Below the pieces are notes generated by a model. It saw only the letters and a program-made list of their open reading frames with translations, ran no database searches and was not told the origin of the DNA. The translations under genes and the position numbers were made by a program. From Camelus ferus (Eukaryota), in contig NC_045698.1 of NCBI RefSeq assembly GCF_009834535.1, forward strand, positions 6,884,001 through 6,948,000: DNA of 64,000 nucleotides, read 5' to 3'. How positions within the stretch are numbered: the first letter of the stretch is position 1; the number at the start of each line of letters is the position of its first letter. Below are positions 1-9,779 of this stretch, piece by piece.

Positions 1-70
1 AATAAAATTTATTTACACTATGAAGCCAAATATGTTATCACACACACACACATCTAGAAAAAGCCTGAAA

Positions 71-74
<4 letters not shown>

Positions 75-117
<43 letters not shown>

Positions 118-211
118 TGTATGACTGAAGAATTGTACTGTACACCGGAAGTTGACACAACATTATAAACTGACTATACCTCAATATAAACAAACAAACA
201 AACAAACAAAC
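75..211 (+). mobile_element. Young L1 3'-end fragment with expanded (TA)n and a (CAAA)n tail
   Basis: 'ttcatgtatgactgaagaattgtactgtacaccggaagttgacacaacattataaactgactatacctcaat' matches the L1 3' terminus seen at 4200-4290. (TA)n lies at about 75-114 and the AAAC tail at about 188-211. Confidence 0.85.
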
Positions 212-1584
212 ATACAGTGGGTATCTCTGGGTGGCAGAAACAAAATTTTAATTTTACTCTATATACCATTAAAGATTCTCTATAATGAGCATGTGTAGCT
301 TTTATAATAATAAAAATAGTATAGAATTATTTAAAAAATAAATGAAGTGCTGGTGATGAGGCTGAGAACAACATTTTACTTTGGCTATCACTTATTCTTA
401 TATTAACACAGACAAATTTATTGCTTTTTAAATGAATCTCAGATAACAATATATATCCCCTGGGTTAAGGTCAAATTAAATGGAATAATTTAATTAAAAT
501 AATGTATTTTAAGTGTCAAATACAACTCTACCATAAAGTACATAGGAATAAACGTCAGCCAAATCTGCACATATACAGAGGAAATAGAGATCTTTCAAAG
601 CCCATTCCAGATCAGTATTTCAACTGCTACCTCTCCACAGTTTGGGGAATATTACACCCACACTGTTGATCTTTAGTGCCTCCACCATTTGGAAGGTGCT
701 TCCAAATGCAGGAAATGATCCTCCTTTTGATAGATGCCAGATGGTATGGAAAGCTTAGAAGAGACCCTTTATGATGGTGGTAGAAACACATTTGACAGCA
801 AGACATACAGAGATGAAAATAATGGAAGACCTAATACAAGAATAAATGATCCAGCACCTAATTCTACAGCAAGTTCTCACATCAGCGCCCATGGAATAAA
901 TTTAGAGCATATCGTTAAAACTGTGTCTTCATGTCCCACAAGGACATAGACTAGATTACACTAAGACGAAAGCATCAGAGTGTCAAATGCACAGAGAGGT
1001 GGCCTAAGGCAATGAGAAATATGTTTTCATTTCATCCTACTAATATTTTATCTGAATTGCATTTCTTGTTGTCTGGTGCTCTGTGACCACACAAGGCTGA
1101 GCTGTTCATAGCCAGAATGCTACTTGGCCTTTCAGGTGTATCCTTCACCATCTCCAAATAAAATAGTTAAGCTTTGTACAGGAATATAGCACAACAGCCA
1201 AAGACCTTATGCATTTTTAGAGTAAATCTAGATAGATGGATCATTATCATCCATCTAAAGAAGCAACACTGAACGGAGTGCCCTACTCACTACTGAGCAC
1301 AGTAGTGACCTGTGAAATTATATCATGTCTAAGGTCGCTATGCAAGCTCACCATTTCTAGGAGTGTATTTCCTAGGAAGATGTTTGAGAGCTTTTGATAA
1401 AGATATCCTATGGAATTTCCATTACACTGTATTTTTCTTTTAATTACCTACAAATTTATGTGTGACTTTGACGGCTGCTTGTGCACAAAGTAAAGAAGGA
1501 CCATTTCAATTAGAAGGGATGCTAATTTCAAAGATAAGTGTTGCCTAGAATTTACCTTTCTTCCCTTCCTTAAATAGCACATAG

Positions 1585-1750
1585 TAACTTGGTTCTCAGC
1601 CTGAACTGAACATTGTAACCACTTCGGACGCTTTGAAAGTACTGAAGCCTGTATTCCAATTAATTGGGTTAGGGATGCAGCTGAGCATCAAGACTCTAGA
1701 AGGCTCTTCAAGTGACTCTAATGTACAGCAGAAGTTAAGACAACGTTCCT
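1585..1750. mobile_element. MER5-type hAT-Charlie MITE, degraded
   Basis: 'ggttctcagcctg...aagtgactctaatgtacagcagaagttaaga' resembles the MER5A/B consensus (recalled). Confidence 0.6.
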
Positions 1751-1869
1751 AGATGATTAAAGGATTAAATCTTTAAGAAACAGAAAGGATTAAAATTACT
1801 AAATATTAGAAGGGCCATTTGTGAAATAAATGGAATTAAGACTGAGAAATAACCTCCTTCATGTGGCAA

Positions 1870-2270
1870 CCCAGCCTCCTATGATCTGCTCCACACCCTG
1901 TTCTTTAGCCTTAACTCCAATTTTTCCCTGTACTTTCTTGCTGCAGTTGAACAGAACTTTTTTCGCATAAATCACAACATTTATCTCCTCTGTTGCTTCA
2001 CTAGGGCTCCCACTTCTCCAAAAATCTTTACTTAAATGACTAGAGATCATTCTCGGTAATTCAACCCACGGTCTACCTCAGTGAAGCTTCCCTGTGATCT
2101 CCTAAGGGGTGAACTCAGTGTGTCGCATTTAATGATCTGTTCTGGTGCAGGTTCTCCACTTGACACCAGTGAACTTTCTAAAAGCAGAGATTCTGCCCAT
2201 TCATTTTGTGTTCCCATCACTGAGGCCAGTAGGTGACCCATCAATGAATACTTGTGAGATGCAGTTAGGA
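1870..2270. mobile_element. L2 3'-end remnant
   Basis: 'cagtgaagcttccctgtgatc...gcagagattctgcccattcattttgtgttcccatcactgagg...tcaatgaatacttgtga' is typical of the L2 3' end. Confidence 0.55.
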
Positions 2271-2338
2271 AGCAGGACAGCATTCGGAAGCATGTGTCAG
2301 TTACTCATCAGCTGTAATACCAAGAAATGTATAGTCTT

Positions 2339-3117
2339 TATTTTCTTCTAGGAGGTTTATTGTGTCTTGTCTTATGTTTAAGTCTTTGATCCATTTTGAG
2401 TTTATTTTTGTGTATGGTATAAGAGGGTGTTCTAGCTTCATTGCTTTACATGCTGCTGTCCAGTTTTCCCAACACCATTTGCTGAAGAGACCGTCTTTAT
2501 TCCATTGTATATTCTTGCCTCTTTTGTCAAAGATGAGTTGACCAAAAGTTTGTGGGTTCATTTCTGGGCTCTCTATTCTGTTCCATTGGTCCATATGTCT
2601 GGTTTTGCACCAATACCATGCTGTCTTGATTACTGTAGCTCTATAGTGTTGTCTGAAGTCTGGGAGACTTATTCCTCCAGCCTCTTTCTTTTTCTTCAGT
2701 AATGCTTTGGCAATTCTAGGTCTTTTGTGCTTCCATATAAATTTTATTATGATTTGTTCTAGTTCTGTGAAATATGTCCTGGGTGATTTGATAGTGATTG
2801 CATTAAATCTGTAGATTGCCTTGGACAGTATGACCATTTTAACAATATTGATTCTTCCAATCCAGGAGCATGGGATATCTTTCCATTTTTTCAACTATTC
2901 TTTAATTTCCTTAATCAGTGTTTTATAGTTCTCTGTGTATAAGTCTTTCACCTCCTTGGTTAGGTTTATTCGTAGGTATTTTATTACTTTGGGTGCTATT
3001 TTAAAGGGGATTGTTTCTTTACTTTGTTTTCCTGTAGATTCATCATTAGTGTAAAGAAATGCCACTGATTTTTGTAATTTAATCTTGTAACCTCCTACCT
3101 TGCTGAATTCTTCGATT
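2339..3117 (-). pseudogene. L1 ORF2 fragment (post-RT region) with an in-frame stop
   Basis: ORFs 2895..3122 and 2301..2894 are collinear L1 ORF2 separated by a TAG ([13 protein letters not shown]). Confidence 0.93.
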
Positions 3118-3960
3118 AACATTATCTCACATACATCTCAAAAATGTTCTCCTAGGGCAATCTACCCAAGCAATAGAAATAAAAGCAAGAATAAACAAAT
3201 GGGACCTAATGAAACTTACAAGCTTCTGCACAGCAAAGGGAACCATAAGCAAAACAATACAACAACCTATGGAATGGGAGAAAATTTTTGCAAAAGATGA
3301 AACCGACAAAGGCTTGATCTCCAGGATATATAAGCAACTCATATGACTTAATAAGAAAAAACAAACAACCCAATCCAAAAATGGGCAGAAGACCTAAACA
3401 AGAAATTCTCTAAGGAAGAAATTCAAACGATCAATAGGCACATGAAAAAATGCTCAATATCACTAATTATCAGAGAAATGCAAATCAAAACTACAATGAG
3501 GTATCACCTCATACCAATCAGAATGGCCATCATTCAAAAGTCCACAAATGACAAATGCTGGAGATGCTGTGGAGAAAAAGGAACCCTCCTACACTGCTGG
3601 TGGGAATGCAGTTGGGTGCAGCCACTGTGGAAAACAATATGGAGATTCCTCAAAAGACTAGGAATAGACTTACCATATGACCCAGGAATCCCGCTCCTGA
3701 GCATATAACCAGAAGGAACCCTACTTCAGGATGACACGTGCACCCCAATGTTCATAGCAGCATTATTTACAATAGCCAAGACATGGAAACAGCCTAAATG
3801 TCCATCAACAGATGACTGGATAAAAAAGATGTGGCATATTTATACAATGGAATACTATTCATCCATAAAAACCGACAACATAACGCCATTTGCAGCAACA
3901 GGATGTCCCTGGAGAATGTCATTCTAAGTGAAGTAAGCCAGAAAGAGAAAGAAAAATATC
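3118..3960 (+). pseudogene. L1 ORF2 C-terminal region including the cysteine-rich knuckle, disrupted
   Basis: [23 protein letters not shown]...[18 protein letters not shown]...[10 protein letters not shown]; broken by frameshifts and stops. Confidence 0.9.
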
Positions 3961-4496
3961 GCTCATATGTGGAATCTAAAAAAAAAAAGAACATAAATAC
4001 AAAACAGAAACAGACTCATAGACATAGAATACAAACTTGTGGTTGCAAAGGGGGTGGCAGGTGGGAAGGGACAGACTGGGAGTTTGAAATTTGTAGATAC
4101 TGACAGGCATATGTTGACTAGATAAACAAGATTATACTGTATAGCACAGGGAAATATATACAAGATCTTGTGGTAGCTCACAGAGAAAAAAATGTGACAA
4201 TGAATATATGTATGTTCATGTATAATTGAAAAATTGTGCTCTACACTGAAATTTGATACATTGTAAAATGACTATGACTCAATAAAAAAGTTTAAAAAAA
4301 AAAGAGAAATGTATAGTCTTGACAGGTTTACACATTTAAGAGAAAATTTGCTTTGTATATGACAGCATCCAAATCTTAAAAGAGAGCATTACAGAAAAGG
4401 AGGCCAATACAGAATTAGTTACATCTTACACAGTGTTTATAAATGTGTCTGCATTTCTCCCCTTTGTCCTTATTTTAAAAAACCAGTAACACTGTT

Positions 4497-4609
4497 GGGG
4501 AATCCTGTCACAATGTATACATGTATCAAATCACAATGTACACTTTAAATATCTTACAATTTTATGAGTCAATTATACCTCAATAAAGCTGAATTAAAAA
4601 AAAAAAAAA
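4497..4609 (+). mobile_element. Older L1M 3'-end fragment with A-tail
   Basis: 'aatgtatacatgtatcaaatcacaatgtacactttaaatatc...tcaattatacctcaataaagctg' followed by an A-run. Confidence 0.75.
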
Positions 4610-4869
4610 CTAAGTATAAAAATATCCTAGTGGTCAGGATTATTTTCCAGCCTGATGGAAATACAAGATACTCGATTTCTACAAATGGCCTGGGGAAGAA
4701 GGCGTTCCCTTGGGGAGACCGCAATGCCCTGAGACACGGCTGCAAACGGTTGCTGACCTGCCAGTCACCTCTCGCAAGTGAAGTGGCCAAATGGTGGCCA
4801 CTCTTCAGAAATATCAGAACTTGGTCATTTATTCCTTGCCTGTCTTCCCAGGCAGTTAAGAACAGAAGA

Positions 4870-5620
4870 TCTCCGGCTTCGCAGGACACGCGGTCAGAAC
4901 TCCCTACAATCAGGTCGGAAGGAGCGGTCTCTGGAGAGCGCCTGCACTTGAGCAAACGGTGCAGGAGCCAGAGCCAGGGCACACGCCTCCTGCCCCGCGC
5001 AGCGCGGGGGTTAAAGAGGAGGTTCTCGTCCAAGGCTTCTCGCAGTCGTGGGACACTCTGGATTAGACGTCGCGGAATGACAGCAATTTGACCAACAGCG
5101 CCTGGCTGGCAGATGCTTTCTGTGCACCGCCGAGCTTAACGCGGACCCTCCAGGCCATTCTGCCGCGCGGGGCACGTGGCGAGCCTGCCGGGGGCTGTCA
5201 ACGGCCGCACCGGGTGAGGACGGAGCAGAATCGCGGGGTGATCAGCACTCAGAGGGGGTAAAGAGATCATCCCAGTCAGCCCCTTCACACTGCAGGTGAG
5301 CTGAGAGAGCCCGGAGGCTTAATGGCTTCTCGCTGAAGGATCACACAGATGAGCAGGGCTATGTGTGCCCAAATCCAAGCCCGCAGGCTTAAGCTGGAGT
5401 TCTCTGCCTGCGTGCGCTAACCTGGCGGTTCGCACTGTCCAACGCACCGGTTGGTTTTTAGAACTTCATTCGACCCTTCACCCTACAGGCAGGTTAAGGA
5501 TGACTGACTATATCCACTTGGGCAAGTCAGACTGGGGCAGAACAAACGGCCTCTACCCAATCGCTTCCGCTGCGCGTCCCTGATACGGCTCAGGTGATCC
5601 CCTGCTGCCATCCCGTTCTT
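4870..5620. promoter_or_regulatory. CpG-rich, GC-rich island (candidate promoter or enhancer)
   Basis: Many intact CpGs (ccccgcgcagcgcgggg, gccgcgcggggcacgtggcg, cgctgcgcgtcc) against CpG-depleted flanks. E-box CACGTG near 5173 and CCAAT near 5557. Confidence 0.55.
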
Positions 5621-6158
5621 TTGCTGTCACTCGCCAAGCCTGGCTGACCCTTCACTTTGACCTAAAAATCCTCGAGAGTTAATTCTTGGAATTTAAAGAA
5701 CTTTCCAACAGGTAGGTGAGAGAAGAAGCACTTCTATTAAGATCTTTATCTCTTTAAAAAAAAAAGAAAAAGAAAAAGAAAAATACAGGAATAAAGGAGG
5801 AGATAGGAAGCCAATAGGAAATATAATTATAGTTCTCTTTGCTCTGCCTTTCATCTCAGAGAGGAACGTGGAGTCTTGTGTAGCCTGTGGGCTGATTTCA
5901 GCTGAAAAACATTCAATTCATTAGAAGCTATTAGATGAGGAACTTGGAAAAGGAGACAGAGTGGAGGCTGTGGGTAAAAAAAAAAAAAAAAAGTTTTGTG
6001 TTCTAAAACTAGAATAAGTTTTCTTCAAAATGAAGAGAAAAAGAAAAATAGAAGTGTGGTCTCAGATTCATTATTGCCTCACCAGTAGTAAGTAAGGGCT
6101 AGATATGGACAATGCGTGAGTTTATACGTGCACCTGTGTACCCCGAGTATTGTCTTAC

Positions 6159-6193
6159 CTGTATCGTGATTTTATAATGATAACTGTCCCCTC
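6159..6193 (-). other. Candidate 35-nt internal exon of an unidentified minus-strand transcript
   Basis: Minus strand reads ...cattttcattgtatttgctttcgaatag|GAGGGGACAGTTATCATTATAAAATCACGATACAG|gtaagac, i.e. pyrimidine tract, AG and a consensus CAG|GTAAG donor. Two frames are open (EGTVIIIKSRY; GDSYHYKITIQ); neither protein is recognised. Confidence 0.4.
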
Positions 6194-6882
6194 CTATTCG
6201 AAAGCAAATACAATGAAAATGAGTTGGCAGGCACTACTCTCTTGCCCTATTCCTCCCTCACCCCCAAATAACCTATCCATTGTTTTAAAGGAATTTCTAT
6301 CCAAATAAGAAATAGGAGCGTCAACGGTGAGCAGGGGGCGCTTCCTCCCAGGCGTTGGATACAAAGTCATGACTTCAAAAGCAAAGCAACCATGAGAGGC
6401 CTTATATCTTCCCTCCCAGGAACAGTTTGACATCCGCTTTTTAAAAAACGATACAATTTATTCCTTATTGGAGGACACACACACACACGGTCCTTTGACA
6501 GATTTTTAAATCAAGATGCTTGAGAAGTGGGCACAAGTGATTCAGCGCATAAACAGGACGGGATCCCTCAAACGAAACGTGGTGCCTCTGAGTGGGCACC
6601 ATGACCTCTAAGGCAGCACGATGGAAGACACGCTTTTATTTTTCAGGTGGCTGAGAAAAATAAATTGTAAGTTTACAGCAAGATGCCTCAATGACAGTCT
6701 GTGAGTAAGATTCATGAATTGATCCCGCCAGTCTCTCCTTACCTTGAGAGCCTGTGTTCTGTTCTCAGGGATTTGGCGATTTCTCCTGCTTTTGGTTGCA
6801 TCAGTTGCCCTGCACTAGGGAATCCTTCTGCATGTATCTCAGTAGGAATTTATTTTCACCTACTTCTACTCTTTGAGCCGTC

Positions 6883-7255
6883 TACTAGTCAGCTTGTGAT
6901 GAATTATGCTGTGGTAACAAGCACCATCAAAATCCCAGGGCTTACAACAACAGAGGTTTAGTTCTCGCTGGGTTCGGTGTGCTTTCAGGTTGGCTGAGGC
7001 AACGGCCCCATACCAGGGATGTGCCATCCTCACGGCAGAGGGACAGAGGAACAGCAGAACAGTGTGATGACTCCTCAGTCTTCTGTTCAGGAATATATAC
7101 ATCACTCTGCTCACCGCCAGTGACCAAAGGGAGTCACACAGTCAAGCGGGAGAGGATTGAGTGCAAAGTATGTTCCTTCCACAAGTGGATGCAAGAAAGA
7201 AGGAGGGGCCTGGTAGAGGGGCACTGAGTGTCTTCAACAAATGTTACAATCTGCC
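6883..7255 (-). mobile_element. Old MLT1 (ERVL-MaLR) solo LTR
   Basis: 'tagtcagc...tatgctgtggtaacaagcaccatcaaaatcccagggcttacaacaacagaggttta' resembles the end of MLT1J/K/L-type LTRs. Confidence 0.6.
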
Positions 7256-7714
7256 ACTAAGCCTCTGGTGGTCATTTTGCAAGAAATAAGAGAATATGGC
7301 CATTGTACTAAAAAGCCGTATTTGCTCTACTAACGACACATTTACACCCTGCTGCTCCATTTTCATGCCTTCTTGTATATTTAACAAGTTTTTCTTTAAA
7401 TGCCGTCATGTAACTTTCAGAGATATTTTAACTGTCAGTTAAACTCAACCATGTAGTTACTAAGCACACTTATGACTTACAAAACACCACCCGTGTGACA
7501 GCCAGGACCAAGGGTACCTGCACACAGGCAAGGTCAGCTGTGTTCGCTGTTTTCCTGGTCGACCCATGAGCATAGGACATTATCATTTGGGAGATGCATT
7601 TCAATTGTGTATTTGTTGAAATGTGGGAGAAAATGAAGAACTACAATTGATGAAAAACAGTATATGTGTGTGTATAAAATAAGAATTCTGATTAGACTTT
7701 AAATGCTCTGCGTC

Positions 7715-7872
7715 CTTGCTCCTCAAATGGTCTGTGGCTCAGAGCTACTGACGTCCCCTGGGAGCTGGTTAGACATGCAAAACTGCTGGACCCCAACCTA
7801 GACCCACTGCCTCAGAACATTAATGAGATCTGTGGGCGATCCCTGTGCTCATTAAAGTGAGATAAGTAGTAC
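7715..7872. mobile_element. MER5A MITE
   Basis: 'cccctgggagctggttagacatgcaaa...ccccaacctagacccactgcctcagaa...ctcattaaagtgaga'. Confidence 0.7.
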
Positions 7873-7921
7873 TATAAAGGGCATTGCTCTCATAGCTGTG
7901 AAGTGTATTATGCAAGAGTGA

Positions 7922-7953
7922 ACACACACACACACACACACGCATGCACACAC
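7922..7953. repeat. (CA)n microsatellite
   Basis: Direct reading. Confidence 0.9.
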
Positions 7954-8087
7954 GTGGATATGGGGACAGTAGGATGACCCCTCCCCACTCCTCTCTGCAT
8001 TCTGGATCCGCAGCACGTGAGGCAAGAGGAAAGAACCTCAGAGGGTTATTCCTTCAACAGAGTAAGGGTGATGACAAGGACAGATCG

Positions 8088-8780
8088 GATATCTCAACCC
8101 CAGCTGCATATTAAAATCATCTGGAGAAGGTTTTTTTTTTTTGTTTAAATACTGATGCCTGGGTCCTACCCCAGAGATTCATTTGGTTTGGGGCATCCGT
8201 GTTTTGTTTTGTTTTGTTTTTAATTTTTTATTGAAGTGTAGTTGATTTACAATGTTAGTTTCAGATTTGCAGCAAAGTGATTCAGTTATACATATCCATA
8301 TATATTTTTTCTTCTCAGATTCTTTTCCACTATATATTATTACAAGAAATTGAATATAGTTCCCTGTGCTATACAGTAGGTCCTTGTTGTTTATCTATTT
8401 TATATATAGTGGTGTGTCTCTGTAAATCTCCAACCCCTAATTTATCACTCTCGCCCTTTAACCTTTGGTAATCATAGTTTGTTTTCTATGTGAGTCTGTT
8501 TTTGGTTTGTAAATATAATTTGTATCATTTTTTTAGATTCCACATATAAGTGATATCATGTAATATTTGTCTTTCTCTGTCTGACAGTTCCTAGAGTAAT
8601 GAAAATAAAAGCAAAAACAAACAAATGAGACCTAACTAAACTTAAAAACTTCTGCACAGCAAAGGAAACCATAAACAAAAAAAAAAGACAACCTACAGAA
8701 TGGGGCATCCAGGTTTTTAACTGCTTCCACAGGTGACTGTGGGTGGGGCTTCCCATGCAGCGGGAGACTGAAGGTCTACT
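8088..8780. mobile_element. MER5-type MITE split by an L1 insertion (halves about 8088-8205 and 8701-8780)
   Basis: 'atctcaaccccagctgcatattaaaatcatctggag...ctgatgcctgggtcctaccccagagattc' resumes as 'ggcatccaggtttttaactgcttccacaggtgact'. Confidence 0.65.
8206..8700 (-). mobile_element. 5'-inverted L1 fragment: minus-strand 3' UTR about 8206-8586, plus-oriented ORF2 piece about 8587-8700
   Basis: TSD tggggcatcc(gt/ag)gtttt at 8189-8205 and 8701-8717. T-rich tail on the left. 'aaacttctgcacagcaaaggaaaccataaac...acaacctacagaa' is homologous to about 3212-3275. Confidence 0.88.
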
Positions 8781-9779
8781 GGAAGCGAGCTGTCTGTGTT
8801 ATGCGCACAGCTGTCAAGCTCTCCTGTGAGCACAGGAATCCTCATCGTCACCCTCAGGACCACTACATAAATATGGTCTAACTTTAGGGGGCAGGAAAAA
8901 GAACGATGTTGGAGAGCGTTGAGAGCCACCAGGAGTCAGGGTGTGAGTAGCACAACAAGGACTCTGGATTTGATTTGATGACTCCTTGAGCCTCAGTGCT
9001 CTGCTCTGCTAAATGGGCTTAAACATAATAACTGCCACTTGCCATCCTCTGCAGACTTCCTGGGATTCTGAGTTTACAGATATGCTCTTTATGGAATGAA
9101 ACTTACTAAGGCGCTATACAGATGCAAAAGTGTGTTCATTTTTGTACGCATCTTTAGAACCATTCTTGGATTATTTTATCTCTTGAAAGAGTTACTGATT
9201 ATTTATGGTTAAAAGAGATTGCCTCCCACTTTGTATCATTTGAATGTGGGTAGACAAGCTAAAATTGAGACTTTTCAAATAGGGTTCCTTGAGGCACTGG
9301 CATTTACTAACTTGGGTTCCACAGAGTATTTTTCAAATACAACTAGTTTTGGGGTTTTTGGGGTTTTTTTTTGTTTGTTTTTTTTGGTGATTTTATATCC
9401 AGACTTTGAATTTATAAGAGGATATTTTATCTGAATTTAGTTTTTTCTACTTCCAAATTTTGTTTCCATATTATGATGACAGCATGTAATTCTATGTAAG
9501 GAAAGCCTAAAATTACATCAGAAAATAAGCCAAAAAAAATATTGCCACTAATGGGTAGAATTTTTGGAATACTATTTAACTGTTTCGGTGTTACTGTAAT
9601 TTTTTCTGAGTTAATCTGGGAATTTTTTGCTCTATACATACATATACATATAAAATTGGTAGTAAAAAATTACTTGTAATTAAAGCAGTACAATTTAAGA
9701 GGGTTTTTATATGTATATGTATGCACATATATGTATATATATGCATGAATATTCATATTCACATATGGTCATTTAGACG

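Larger units (their letters stand above)
2339..4304 (+). mobile_element. 5'-truncated, 5'-inverted young LINE-1: inverted ORF2 part 2339-3117, then direct ORF2 end, 3' UTR and polyA 3118-4304
   Basis: Perfect 16-bp TSD agaaatgtatagtctt at 2323-2338 and 4305-4320. Minus-strand ORF2 peptides ([29 protein letters not shown]) and plus-strand C-terminal peptide ([19 protein letters not shown]). aataaa plus A-tail at 4281-4303. Confidence 0.97.

Noticed and set aside
4564..5091. Overlapping 175-aa (+) and 154-aa (-) ORFs
   Set aside because: They start or end in an L1 A-tail and run through GC-rich sequence with few stops; no recognisable domain.
6738..6830. Minus-strand donor AAG|GTAAGG at 6743 as an upstream partner of the 35-nt exon
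   Set aside because: The ATG frame hits a stop after splicing, and the alternative acceptor has a poor pyrimidine tract.
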